From Deltaproteobacteria bacterium (lineage in GTDB: Bacteria; JAGRBM01; JAHCIT01): a stretch of DNA of 45,069 nt. The notes beneath the pieces are model-generated. The model was not told the DNA's origin. It did not search any database and worked only from the letters and a program-made list of their open reading frames with translations. The stretch lies in assembly GCA_026129095.1 (NCBI GenBank), contig JAHCIT010000011.1, forward strand, positions 62,001 to 107,069, written 5' to 3'. Below, one piece after another: positions 18,934 to 29,116 of the stretch (the first letter of the stretch is position 1; every line of letters begins with the position of its first letter). A program made the position numbers and the translations under genes.

Positions 18934-19605
18934 TCAGTCCGGCAATCCGGCGCCGGCAGTAATCCGGCCGCGCTCGATACCGATCACGCGCTTCTGGAGC
19001 CGCTGGATCAGGTCACGGTCATGGGTGGCAATGACGACGGTCGTTCCCCGGATACTCACCTCCTCGAAAAGGTCCATCACCTCACGGGCGATTTCCGGGT
19101 CCAGATTGCCCGTAGGCTCGTCGGCGAGCAGCAGCACGGGATTGTTGATGAGGGCGCGTGCGATGGCGACACGCTGCTGCTCCCCGCCAGACAGCTGCTG
19201 CGGATAGTGGTCGGAACGGTGAAGCAGATGGACCGCCTTCAGCATCGACACCACCCGGCGGCGCACCTCGCCGGACGGCGTGCCGAGCACTTCCAGCGCC
19301 ACGGAGACGTTCTCGAATACGGTCCGGTTGGCGATCAGCTTGAAGTCCTGGAAGACGACACCGATCGACCGCCGCAGATAGGGAATGTTCCGCTCGGTGA
19401 GGCGGGCGAGATTGACGTTATTGACGATGATCTGGCCCTGGGTTGCCCGTTCGGCGGCGAAGAGGAGGCGCATGAGCGTCGTCTTGCCTGCACCCGACGG
19501 ACCGGTGACAAAACAGAACTCGCCCTTCTCGATCCGCAGACTCACGTCAACGAGCGTCGGCTGCTCGCGTCCGTAACTCTTGTAGACGTGAAAGAGCTGA
19601 ATCAT
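18934..19605 (-). CDS. ftsE: Cell division ATP-binding protein FtsE
   Basis: GPSGAGKT, IPYLRRSIGVVFQDFKL, LSGGEQQRV, ADEPTGNLD. Confidence 0.95.
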   Translation of the reverse strand: MIQLFHVYKSYGREQPTLVDVSLRIEKGEFCFVTGPSGAGKTTLMRLLFAAERATQGQIIVNNVNLARLTERNIPYLRRSIGVVFQDFKLIANRTVFENVSVALEVLGTPSGEVRRRVVSMLKAVHLLHRSDHYPQQLSGGEQQRVAIARALINNPVLLLADEPTGNLDPEIAREVMDLFEEVSIRGTTVVIATHDRDLIQRLQKRVIGIERGRITAGAGLPD

Positions 19606-19618
19606 CCCCGTCCCGTCA

Positions 19619-20191
19619 TCAGAAGTAGAACCTCACCCCCGCCCCGAACACGGCCTGATCCACGGCTCCCGCCCTGCCAAAGTTCCGGCCGTCGTTGTCG
19701 TAGTCGATCCGCAGGTAGCCGCCCTCCAGGAAAATCGTCCAGTTGTTGCCGATGTCGAAGTTGCCTCCACCGAGGAAGTTCAGGTGAAAGAACCGGTTGT
19801 CCGTGCCCCCGTAGACAGCCCCGATCCCGGCATCGACAGCGACGTAGGGGGCGAAATAAAGGCTCTTGATGTTGTTGCTGTAGAACCCCAGCGGATGAAT
19901 GACAGCGCCGCCCGTGAAGGAAAAGCCAGTCCGGTACGGCGGATCCTGGTCGCCGGGACCGAAGTGGTTCCACTTGATCCGGAACGTCACCTGGTTGTTG
20001 ACACGCATCAGAAGGCCGATGGACCCCTGCGCGTGGTCAAAGGCCTTTCCTGCGGCACGGCCGAGCTGAAACTCGGCGCCAAAATCGAAGGAACGGTCGG
20101 CTGCCCCGGCCGGTGTGGCCATGAGGCATGAAATAATGATCACCCCGCCCAGAAGGGGGGCTGCTGCACGAAACCGGCTGTAACGAATCAA
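19619..20191 (-). CDS. Small outer-membrane beta-barrel protein
   Basis: Signal peptide, alternating beta strands, C-terminal GAGVRFYF beta-signal. Confidence 0.75.
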   Translation of the reverse strand: MIRYSRFRAAAPLLGGVIIISCLMATPAGAADRSFDFGAEFQLGRAAGKAFDHAQGSIGLLMRVNNQVTFRIKWNHFGPGDQDPPYRTGFSFTGGAVIHPLGFYSNNIKSLYFAPYVAVDAGIGAVYGGTDNRFFHLNFLGGGNFDIGNNWTIFLEGGYLRIDYDNDGRNFGRAGAVDQAVFGAGVRFYF

Positions 20192-20379
20192 GACAGGGCA
20201 CTCCGCAGGGAGTTCGCGGCGCCCTCACCCACCAGAGCTGGTCACCTGCCGTTCAACGGGCGGTTTCTCCGAAACCTCCCGGAACGCGAACCAGCCGTCC
20301 GCGATCCACAATCAAGCCAGTCCAGTGTGCGCCGAACCGGGGGGATAATCAACTGTCCGCTGCCGGACCCGCCCGGTTA

Positions 20380-21639
20380 TTACAGGTAGGGCCAGCCCAG
20401 CGACATGCCCGCCGACACTCGGGTTTCCTTCAGGTTGTTCGCGATCGATGTGTTGCGTTCCTGCAGTATCTCGCCATTCAGCCGGACAGCGCCGAACCGC
20501 GTTTCGATACCGGCCGCATAGCCGTTGGCATTAATGCCGCCACGAAGTGACAACACGTAACGGAATGCCAGTTCGAGGCCCACCGAGTATTTGTGCCCGA
20601 GAGGAATCTCGTCACGGTTGATGTCGCGGACATCGACGGCGAAGGTAAGACGGGCAACCTCGAACGGCACGGCGACCGCAAGACCCCAGTCAACCGTCAT
20701 CGGCACGTCACCACTGCCGGCCACCAGAATGCCGTTTGCGACATCCGGCTGCTGGGCCTTGAACGCCGTGCGGGCGATATCCTGGAAAGTAAACCCGCTC
20801 GCTATATAACCGGCGGAAATACCCCACGGAGAGGGATCCTCGTCCTCAGGCGCCGGAATGAGCAGGGAGAACGGCAGCCTCATCACCAGGCCTGCATCGG
20901 CTCCGGCGGCAAAATCACCCGGTCCCTTCAGGGGCTTCACGAAATCGTTCGTGTACGACACTCCGTTATTGGCAGTTACCGATGATTCGGACTCGGCGGT
21001 GCGGATATCGCTCCGGCTGATGAACTTCAGGTTCACGCCCATATCCAGATACTCGCCCCAGATTCTCCGGGCCACGGTCAGGTAACCCGCATGATCCTCG
21101 AGCTTGCGCAAACCGACGATATACCGGTCGCCCGCCGTAATGCCCGGCTGGACGACGCCGTCGAAGCGGTAAGAATAGGAATAGGCGAATCCGAACGCCC
21201 AGTTCTTCCGGTATGGCATGACAAAGTGGGTCACGTTGTCGGCGTTCACGTAGACGGCTTCGCCGACCCGCCCTGCGAAGAAGGTGTTCGCCTCGTTCGC
21301 GTCCCCGCCCGACAGATCCTTGGCGTCCATCGCGAAGGTGAAGGAATCGGTGTTGGCCTCGGCGCGAAGCCCCAGAATCGAGAACTGCCAGTCCCTGATC
21401 GCTGCAAGTCCGGCCGGGTTGTAGAACATCGAATCGTACGAGCCGCCGACCGCCACGAAGGCGTTACCCATGCCGAGAGCCCGTGGAGTCCGGGGGTTGA
21501 TCGGCGCAGCCCTGAAATTGCCCGTCAGAAAATCCGTCCGCTCGGTGAGCGTGGGATCCTGGGCGTTCGCGACGCCTGTTCCCAGAAATACCACGCCCAG
21601 AAGCGCAATCCCCAGACCGCGAGTGAGTGAATTCAGCAT
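20380..21639 (-). CDS. Outer-membrane beta-barrel, FadL/PorV/TraF-like superfamily
   Basis: Signal peptide from ATG 21639 (GGGGAGG upstream); RALGMGNAFVAV...MFYNPAGLA motif; beta strands to the C-terminus. Confidence 0.75.
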   Translation of the reverse strand: MLNSLTRGLGIALLGVVFLGTGVANAQDPTLTERTDFLTGNFRAAPINPRTPRALGMGNAFVAVGGSYDSMFYNPAGLAAIRDWQFSILGLRAEANTDSFTFAMDAKDLSGGDANEANTFFAGRVGEAVYVNADNVTHFVMPYRKNWAFGFAYSYSYRFDGVVQPGITAGDRYIVGLRKLEDHAGYLTVARRIWGEYLDMGVNLKFISRSDIRTAESESSVTANNGVSYTNDFVKPLKGPGDFAAGADAGLVMRLPFSLLIPAPEDEDPSPWGISAGYIASGFTFQDIARTAFKAQQPDVANGILVAGSGDVPMTVDWGLAVAVPFEVARLTFAVDVRDINRDEIPLGHKYSVGLELAFRYVLSLRGGINANGYAAGIETRFGAVRLNGEILQERNTSIANNLKETRVSAGMSLGWPYL

Positions 21640-21961
21640 ATGATTGAAAGGCCTCCCCTGTCGGGTTCCAGATGCCGTCATCATGGAACCCTGGCCCATG
21701 ACCAGTATTACCCGGCCCCTAAACTGGGCGTCCCCCATCATGCCGGAAGCTAGCCGGGCCGGAAGTGATTGAAAACACGTCCGGAACACAGGCCGGTTTC
21801 CGGCACAGGTGCCGGGTCAGGCATAACGCTAATTGTACTTGTGGCCGGGGGGAAGCCCCCCTGAAAATCCCCCTTTATCTTGTGCAGCCCCCCACCCGCT
21901 ACTAAATTAACCGGATAGGGCTGCCATATCCGCATATTCCCGTTTTGGCAGCAGACGACCC

Positions 21962-23506
21962 GTGACGAAAAACCTCCGCGCCAAGATTCTCCTCCTGTGG
22001 CTGGCCCTGACCAGCCCGGTCATTCTGGTAGCCGGCTGGCTGCGAATCGACGGCGCACGGCAACTGGCCTATGAAATCGCCACAGCCAGAATCAAGACAT
22101 CCACAAGCCTGCTGGCGATAGCTGTCAGGGAGCCCCTGGCAGCCACTGACCGAGAAACCCTGAGAGCCATTGCACAACCGGCGGCGGCTGGCTTCGGCAG
22201 CATGCTGGAAGAACTGACCATCCATGACGGCCAGGGGGTTCCGCTGTTCAGCTCTACCAGGAAGCCCTCAACCGCTCCGGCGCAGACCAGCAAGCCACCC
22301 GCTGAAGTTCTCCAGACGAACGCCTCGATCCGTTACTGGCAGCCGGTGATCCTGCCGGATTCGGCCTGGGGCGAACCGGTCCAGCCGGGATCGGTTCTCA
22401 TCCAGCTTGGCCGCACCGGAATCCTGACGCCATTTTTCATGCGGGCTGCACTGGAAGGCATTGTCATGGCGGCCGCTTTCCTCTTCACCACCATAGGCCT
22501 TTACTGGGGGCTCGGCCGGCTCTTTACCCCTCTGGGGCGTCTGGGCGCGATTTCTGGCGAACTGGCACAGGGCAACCTGAACGTGCAGGTCCGGCCGGAA
22601 GGCTCGGACGAACTGGCCCGGCTCGAACGGGCCTATGGCGACATGATCGACAATCTCGCGGTCATGATCCGGCAGATCCGCGAGGCGGCACAAAGCCTGG
22701 GTACTGCCACCGAACAGATCGAACGGACCACACAGCAGCTCGCCGAGGGCTCGGACCGGCAGAGCCGCCAGACCAGCGAGATGTCGGTCGCCATCGAGGA
22801 GATGGCCTCGTCAGTCCAGCTGGTTTTCACCAATGCCAAGCAGGCACTGGAAACCTCCCAGCAATCGAAGGAAACCGCCGAACGGGGCGGAAACGTGGTC
22901 ACGCAGACCATCGAGGCCATGCGGGCGGTCAATGACTCGATCCGGACCTCGGGCGACCAGATCGCCGACCTCTCCCGGCAGACCGAGGACATCGGCACGA
23001 TCCTGGGCGTCATCAACGAGATTGCATCGCAAACGAACCTGCTTGCCCTGAATGCGGCCATCGAGGCGGCCCGTGCCGGTGAGCATGGCCGGGGTTTTGA
23101 GGTCGTGGCCGACGAGATCCGCAAGCTGGCCGAGAAGAGCGCTGCCTCGACCAAACAGATCGCTGGTATTCTTGAGCATATCCGGACCGGCAGCCAGATG
23201 GCACAGGGCTCGATGTCAAACGTAAGCGTGCTGGCGAAGGATTCCATGGAATACGCCAACCGCACCGGAGCCGCCCTGGAACTGATCATCGCCAAGGCTA
23301 GCGAGACGGCCGAACTGATGGCATCGCTCTCCGGCTCGGCCGAGCAGCAGTCCCGCGTATCCGATACGGTGGCCCAGGCTGTCAGCCAGATCGGACAGGT
23401 AACGAGAGAAAATGCCACCAGCGCCGAGGAGATTGCCACCACGTCGGTGGAACTGGCCCAGCTGGCCGACCAGCTCCAGCAGCTCATTGCCCGGTTCCGG
23501 GTCTAG
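21962..23506 (+). CDS. Methyl-accepting chemotaxis protein (2 TM, HAMP, MA domain)
   Basis: [45 protein letters not shown]...DELARL. Confidence 0.95.
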   Translation: MTKNLRAKILLLWLALTSPVILVAGWLRIDGARQLAYEIATARIKTSTSLLAIAVREPLAATDRETLRAIAQPAAAGFGSMLEELTIHDGQGVPLFSSTRKPSTAPAQTSKPPAEVLQTNASIRYWQPVILPDSAWGEPVQPGSVLIQLGRTGILTPFFMRAALEGIVMAAAFLFTTIGLYWGLGRLFTPLGRLGAISGELAQGNLNVQVRPEGSDELARLERAYGDMIDNLAVMIRQIREAAQSLGTATEQIERTTQQLAEGSDRQSRQTSEMSVAIEEMASSVQLVFTNAKQALETSQQSKETAERGGNVVTQTIEAMRAVNDSIRTSGDQIADLSRQTEDIGTILGVINEIASQTNLLALNAAIEAARAGEHGRGFEVVADEIRKLAEKSAASTKQIAGILEHIRTGSQMAQGSMSNVSVLAKDSMEYANRTGAALELIIAKASETAELMASLSGSAEQQSRVSDTVAQAVSQIGQVTRENATSAEEIATTSVELAQLADQLQQLIARFRV

Positions 23507-23532
23507 GTTTCCGTGACGAATGAGACAGCCCC

Positions 23533-26500
23533 CTACCGGGTGATCGCCCGGTAAACCCTGGGGAGCATTTCGGGAAGGTCGCGGATCCTGTCAATCACGA
23601 GATAGGCGTCAGGCGGACACATCTGCTTGAGATAGTCATAGCCCGCCTTGTCCACGGTGATGCAGAAGGTGTGTATGCCAGCCCTCGTCGCTTCCTCCAG
23701 GGCGAGCCGCGTATCCAGCAGGGAGTAGTTCTCATCGGTCCGGTCCTCGCCGTAGTCCGAATCCTGGGGGTAACCATCCGAAAGCATGACGAGTGTCCGG
23801 TACCGCGCCTCCAGCCCTCGCAGCTTCTCGATCGCATGACGGATCGCCGCCCCCATGCGCGTGGACTGCTGGGCGCGGATGCCGCCGATCCGGGCCTTCA
23901 CCCGGTCGGAATACGGCTCGCCAAACTCCTTTATCTTGTACAGGTCCACCCGCTCCCGGCCATAGCCTGAGAACCCCAGCACGGCATAGTCGTCGCCCAG
24001 GTAGTTGAGCGCCTGGCTCATGACGACCAGCGCCTCCTTCTGGAGATCGAGGACCGTCTTCCGCGGCGCCCCGGCCGGTGCGGCTGGCGGGCCGTCAGCA
24101 GCCACGCCGAACCGGGGGTCCGAGAAATAGCCTGCTGACTCTCCGGCGGGTGGCGGCGGGGGTCCGGCCAGTTCCTCATCGGGTATTTTCTCTCCCGTCG
24201 AGGCGCTCATATCTATAAGGAACATGGCCGCCACGTCCCTTTCCTGGCGGCGGCGGGAAGAATAGATCCGTTCCGGATAGGGAAGCCCCGCCCGGCGGTC
24301 CGCCGCACCTTCAATCACCGTATTCAGATCAATCTCCTCGCCGTCAGGGAGCCGCGTTTCCTTCTTCAGGAGTTCCGGCCGGATCGCCTCGAACTGGCGG
24401 ATCACCTTGCTGATAAGATTCGAGTTTTCAGCGAGCGCACGGTCCACGAACTCCGGGTTTCCCGTTTCCACGTTCCGTTCGCGTACGGTGCACCAGGCAT
24501 GGCGGTAGTCGCCGAGCTTGTGGTCCCATTCGTCGTACCGGAAGGCGTCGTCGTACCGCTCATCCAGCGTGTCCAGCCGGGCCATCCGGCGGACCTCCTG
24601 CTGGAACTCCTGCAGGATTTCCGGCAGGGACTCCGGCGCATGCTGCGCGGCCTCCCGCGCCCGGTCCATGTCGAACATGGACGAAAACAGCGCCCTGCCG
24701 CCCGCCTCCTCGTCCGGCCCCATCGGCAGAAAGCTCAGCTCATCGCCGTCTCCGAGCCAGGAGGCGATCTCCTCGGGCCGCATCATCTCGATATTGCCCA
24801 TGAGCCGCTGCGCGATATCGAGCGCGCCCCTTGCCTGCACCCGCCGCTGGATTTCGTCCGGGTTCAGTTCGCCGTGAAAACGGACCGGTTCCGGCCGGCC
24901 GTAATCGGCCGGGAAATCAGGCGGCACTTCCGGGCCGGAAGAACCCGGCGGCGCAGGCTCGCTTCCACCCTGCCCGCCCGGTTCCGGAACGGACTCCCCT
25001 GCCGATTCGGAATCCGCGGCCGGCGGCGGTTCCAGTTCCGCGTCCATCCCCATACGCCGGGTATCGAGGAAGAGCGAGAACAGCCGGTACAGCTCGGCTG
25101 TGCGGACCGCCGTATGCTCGACGGTGGCTTCCGGACGGCGAAGTTCCGAAAACAGGGCCCGCAGGTTCTGGAACTGTTCCTCGAACTGAATCTGGCCCGA
25201 TGTGAGGTCGTCGGCCGGTATATGGCCGAACACTGTCTCCAGCCCCAGGGAAAGCTGGGTGGCGACTTCAACCAGCGCACTTGCCGGGCTCATCGCCCGG
25301 TCAATGCTCCGCTTCTCCAGTTCGCTTTTCCGGAGCCAGGCGATATCGGGATCGAGGCCGGGATAGTTTCGCAGCAGCGCCTCGTCGATGCGGAAATTCT
25401 CCAGAAGCAGAAAAAGGTCCCTGGCAAGCTGCGTCCGGGGGAACTGGAGGAAAAACCGGTCGAGATCGCTTCCGCCCGCCGGAGCGCCAGCGGCATAGTC
25501 GGACACGCGGACGATCCCGCTCCGCACGCCTTTCATCTTCTCCAGCGAGAAACCGAATGTCCCGAACTCGAAAAATCCGCACTGGTGGGCGCACATGACC
25601 CGGAATACGCGGCGGTTCTCGTCCCGGCCGCCATGCTCGTAGACCAGCGCGGGCAGGTATATCTTCTCCCCGTCGGTGGTCGGCAGGTTTTTCCCCCGGT
25701 GCCAGTCGAGCGGCACCAGCGGGATCTCCCGCCCCGTGAGCCCCTGTGCATAGAGCCTCAGGGACCGGGCAATCTCCTCGAACCGGACTCCCCGCACATA
25801 GGCCTGTAGCGATGCCCGCGCAGACCTCGACGACAGCTTGAAGTGGGCCTCGGCCCGGCCGGGGCTCGACTCCAGCAGCCGCTCGCCTTCTTCGACCCAT
25901 CGGGCGAACTCCTCCGGCCCGACCAGCCGCAGGACTTCATCCATCGATTCGAGCAGCCCCATCGCCGCGCTGGGCGATTTCTCCAGAATCCGGCGCGCCG
26001 CTCCAGCCACCTGCCCGTAGCGCGAGTCCGCAACTTCACCGCTGGCGGCGGCCAGCTTGCGGACCACGTTGAGGCACCCGTCTGCCGACCGGCTCACGAG
26101 ACGGGCCAGCACCGGTGCCAGCACCTTGAGCCTCCCTGGAGCCCGGCGCACGGTCTCAACCAGTTGCCGGCGGAAGGCCGCGAACTGCTCGGGGTGGCTG
26201 GCAGCGACCGCGGCCAGCAGCTCCAGCCGGGCTTCCTCTGTTTCGACCGGCAGGTCCCGTGGCAGCGGTTCCTGGCAGAAGTCCTGCGCCAGTCCCGATA
26301 CCCGGTGCGACAGGCTGGCAGCCGTATCGCACCAGAACTGGAAGCTCCGCGGCGGCAGAACCGAGGAGGCCTCGGCGGCGCTCGCCAGAACCATCTCCAG
26401 CAGCCCATAGGTCTGCCAGCCGAGTTGCCAAGTCTTGCGGCCTCCTTCAATCCACTCGTTCAGGCTTATCCGCCGGGGATATTCGTAGAACTGGCGGCTG

Positions 26501-26892
26501 GTCCGCAGCACCGCCACTGCCGCACGCGGAAGCTCTCCGGTCACCCGGATGACCACCTCCGACCACCGGGTGAACTCCGCGGCGGGTATCCGGCCGGACA
26601 GATCCATGCCCGCGGTTACCACCGCCGGTGCAATATCGGCGTGGATCCGTCCCGCCTCAGCCGTGACGGTGGCAACGGCATCGAGCGCTTCCAGGGGAAC
26701 CTTCAGCCGCGGTGCATGGGCAAGGAACTCGAACGCCGCCCGCCGCGAGCAGGCATCGATCCGTTCCGCACCGGCGAGAATGGCGTTGGATTCCGGGTCG
26801 GCCGGATCCAGATACGGGATCTCGATGCCCGGCACTGTCTCCGACCGGGCCACGAGGATCTTCAGCCACTTGGAGTAGAGGATGTCATTCAC
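23533..26892 (-). CDS. CbbO/NorD-like VWA protein (1119 aa)
   Basis: PTTDGEKIYLP, YDEWDHKLGDYRHAW, DGEEIDL, MIDAS LIDMSAST, TRMGAAIRHA, LSDGYPQD. Confidence 0.9.
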   Translation of the reverse strand: MNDILYSKWLKILVARSETVPGIEIPYLDPADPESNAILAGAERIDACSRRAAFEFLAHAPRLKVPLEALDAVATVTAEAGRIHADIAPAVVTAGMDLSGRIPAAEFTRWSEVVIRVTGELPRAAVAVLRTSRQFYEYPRRISLNEWIEGGRKTWQLGWQTYGLLEMVLASAAEASSVLPPRSFQFWCDTAASLSHRVSGLAQDFCQEPLPRDLPVETEEARLELLAAVAASHPEQFAAFRRQLVETVRRAPGRLKVLAPVLARLVSRSADGCLNVVRKLAAASGEVADSRYGQVAGAARRILEKSPSAAMGLLESMDEVLRLVGPEEFARWVEEGERLLESSPGRAEAHFKLSSRSARASLQAYVRGVRFEEIARSLRLYAQGLTGREIPLVPLDWHRGKNLPTTDGEKIYLPALVYEHGGRDENRRVFRVMCAHQCGFFEFGTFGFSLEKMKGVRSGIVRVSDYAAGAPAGGSDLDRFFLQFPRTQLARDLFLLLENFRIDEALLRNYPGLDPDIAWLRKSELEKRSIDRAMSPASALVEVATQLSLGLETVFGHIPADDLTSGQIQFEEQFQNLRALFSELRRPEATVEHTAVRTAELYRLFSLFLDTRRMGMDAELEPPPAADSESAGESVPEPGGQGGSEPAPPGSSGPEVPPDFPADYGRPEPVRFHGELNPDEIQRRVQARGALDIAQRLMGNIEMMRPEEIASWLGDGDELSFLPMGPDEEAGGRALFSSMFDMDRAREAAQHAPESLPEILQEFQQEVRRMARLDTLDERYDDAFRYDEWDHKLGDYRHAWCTVRERNVETGNPEFVDRALAENSNLISKVIRQFEAIRPELLKKETRLPDGEEIDLNTVIEGAADRRAGLPYPERIYSSRRRQERDVAAMFLIDMSASTGEKIPDEELAGPPPPPAGESAGYFSDPRFGVAADGPPAAPAGAPRKTVLDLQKEALVVMSQALNYLGDDYAVLGFSGYGRERVDLYKIKEFGEPYSDRVKARIGGIRAQQSTRMGAAIRHAIEKLRGLEARYRTLVMLSDGYPQDSDYGEDRTDENYSLLDTRLALEEATRAGIHTFCITVDKAGYDYLKQMCPPDAYLVIDRIRDLPEMLPRVYRAITR

Positions 26893-26899
26893 ATCCGCT

Positions 26900-27751
26900 C
26901 TATCCGATCACTGCCGCCGCCAGGTCTTCGAGCGCGGTCTGGACATCCGGATCGTCGGTGAGCGCCTCGGTGAGCGCCATCCGGACGGCGCGGCGGGGGC
27001 CGATGCCCCCCGCGATCAGCTTGCCCGCATAGATGAGGAGCCGGGTCGAGACGCCTTCCTCCAGTCCCTGATGCTTGAGATTCCGCACCTTCTGGCCGAG
27101 CCGGGCCAGCCGGGCCGCATCGGCGGGACTGACTCCGCTCTCATGGGCGATGATCTCCCGCTCGGCGTCCTCGGGCGGGAAACCGAACTCGATGGCGACG
27201 AAACGCTGCCGGGTGGACTGCTTGAGGTTCTTGAACACCGACTGGTAGCCGGGATTGAACGACACCACGAGCAGGAAGTCCGGATGCGCCTCAAGGACGG
27301 TTCCCTTCTTGTCGATGGGAAGTATCCGGCGGTGATCGGTGAGCGGATGGATGAGGACGGTCGTGTCCTTGCGGGCCTCGACCACCTCGTCCAGATAGCA
27401 GATCGCGCCCATCTCGACCGCCTTGGTGAGCGGACCTGGCGACCAGACGGTTTCGTCCCCCTTCATCAGGAACTTGCCAACGAGGTCGCTTGCCGTGAGG
27501 TCTTCGTGGCAGGCGACCGTGATGAGCGGCGTGCCCGAGCGGCGGCCGCGGCCCTGCGTCAGCCGCCAGGCCATGTACTCGACGAACCGCGTCTTCCCGC
27601 AGCCGGTGGGCCCCTTGAGCAGCACCGGAAGGCGGGCACCATAGGCGGCCTCAAACAGGGCAACTTCGTCGGTAATGGGCCGGTAGTAGGGCTCCTCGGC
27701 GAGCGAGTATTCCTTGTAATCGACTTCGGCGGCGGCTTTCGCTGGAGGCAT
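26900..27751 (-). CDS. CbbQ/NirQ/NorQ family MoxR-type AAA+ ATPase
   Basis: [55 protein letters not shown]; probable ATG 27751. Confidence 0.93.
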   Translation of the reverse strand: MPPAKAAAEVDYKEYSLAEEPYYRPITDEVALFEAAYGARLPVLLKGPTGCGKTRFVEYMAWRLTQGRGRRSGTPLITVACHEDLTASDLVGKFLMKGDETVWSPGPLTKAVEMGAICYLDEVVEARKDTTVLIHPLTDHRRILPIDKKGTVLEAHPDFLLVVSFNPGYQSVFKNLKQSTRQRFVAIEFGFPPEDAEREIIAHESGVSPADAARLARLGQKVRNLKHQGLEEGVSTRLLIYAGKLIAGGIGPRRAVRMALTEALTDDPDVQTALEDLAAAVIG

Positions 27752-27964
27752 GGGCGAAACGGGTTCCTCTGCCGGCCACCCGTAAGAGGCGGCCAAGGCA
27801 TGAAGCGTAGCGGTCCCTCGCCACGGGCGGCAAGCAGACATCAAAGAGACGCCGCGTTCAGGTTGTGCGTTCGCACGGAATCGGATAAGAGCCACGCCTG
27901 ACGCCGCGCCGCTGGTTTTGAGGGCTCATCACAGCGGATCGCCGCCGCAAGGTCTGGATACCTC

Positions 27965-29116
27965 ATGGCCCGCAAACCGAAAACTCCCGCCACTGCTTCC
28001 GTTTCCACCCGTCCCAAACGCCCCACTCCCGAAGGCAAGAAAATGCTCGGGAAGATGCAGGAGCGCGGCCGCTCGCTTTACGAAACGATCCAGAAGGAGC
28101 GTGCCCCCAAGCTCAAGTTCCCGCTGAGATCACTTTCCAACGTCACTTTCAACAAAAAGGTCGGCCACTTCGTGATGAAGGGCAAGACGCTGGAACGCAC
28201 CCTGACGGTCAACACGATCCGCACGTTCGCCCAGACGCTCCGGATGATGGCGCTTTCCAAGGAACTGATCGAAACCCGCGACTTCGCCACCAAACGCGAT
28301 GCCTACTACCAGACGAAGAACTGGGGCGAGGCCGGCTGCCACGAGCAGACAGAGTCGGACACGATCATGGACGACCTGGAGGGGCTTTTCGGTGTCAACA
28401 AGGAGCAGCTCGGCTTCCGGCCGGACGAACACGGCGGCAGCGTGGCCGGACAGATCACCATCATCGAGACGGATGCCGATACCGGCCGCCAGAACCGGAT
28501 CGACTGCACGCAGTACATCAAGGGTTCCTACGCGATCCCCAGTTCGGTGGAAGACCTCGCTTTTGAAACCAGGGCCAAGTTCATCCTTGCCATCGAAACG
28601 CACGGCATGTTCGAGCGGCTGAACGAGCACAAGTTCTGGCAAACGTACAAGTGCATCCTCATTTCCATGCGCGGCGTTCCTTCCCGCGCCGTCCGCCGGT
28701 TCACGCGCCGCATCGCCGACCAGTTCAAGCTGCCGGTTTATGTGTTTACCGATGGCGACCCTTACGGCTACGCCAACATCTACCGGACGCTGAAGGTGGG
28801 ATCGGGCAACAACGCCCATCTCAACGAGTACTTCTGCGTTCCGCAGGCGCGCTATCTCGGCGTTACACCCGAGGACATCGACACCTACAAGCTCCCGACC
28901 CACCCGCTGAAGGAAGTGGACATCAAGCGCGCACGGGACGCCCTGAAGAACGACAGCTTCTTCCAGGAGCACAAGGACTGGGCCAAGGCCGTGGACAAGA
29001 TGCTCTCCAAGGGCCAGCGCGTCGAGCAGCAGGCCCTTTCCAAGCACGGACTCAACTACGTGATCGACACGTACCTGCCGGAAAAACTGGCCAGGCCGGA
29101 GCGGTTCCTGTCGTGA
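27965..29116 (+). CDS. top6A: DNA topoisomerase VI subunit A (Spo11/Top6A)
   Basis: Winged-helix TKRDAYY (catalytic Tyr region), EQTESD..MDDLE, toprim LAIETHGMFERL and FTDGDPYG, C-terminal EQQAL...YLPEK. Confidence 0.92.
   Translation: MARKPKTPATASVSTRPKRPTPEGKKMLGKMQERGRSLYETIQKERAPKLKFPLRSLSNVTFNKKVGHFVMKGKTLERTLTVNTIRTFAQTLRMMALSKELIETRDFATKRDAYYQTKNWGEAGCHEQTESDTIMDDLEGLFGVNKEQLGFRPDEHGGSVAGQITIIETDADTGRQNRIDCTQYIKGSYAIPSSVEDLAFETRAKFILAIETHGMFERLNEHKFWQTYKCILISMRGVPSRAVRRFTRRIADQFKLPVYVFTDGDPYGYANIYRTLKVGSGNNAHLNEYFCVPQARYLGVTPEDIDTYKLPTHPLKEVDIKRARDALKNDSFFQEHKDWAKAVDKMLSKGQRVEQQALSKHGLNYVIDTYLPEKLARPERFLS

Noticed and set aside
20380..21639. TraF-like barrel as evidence of a conjugative element
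   Set aside because: No other tra/T4SS, relaxase or mobility genes; housekeeping context.
23533..27751. Carbon fixation or denitrification inferred from the cbbQO/norQD-like genes
   Set aside because: No Rubisco or nitric oxide reductase genes in the window.
27965..29116. Wadjet JetD or other defence-system call
   Set aside because: No jetABC/SMC genes, and the sequence follows canonical Top6A along its full length.
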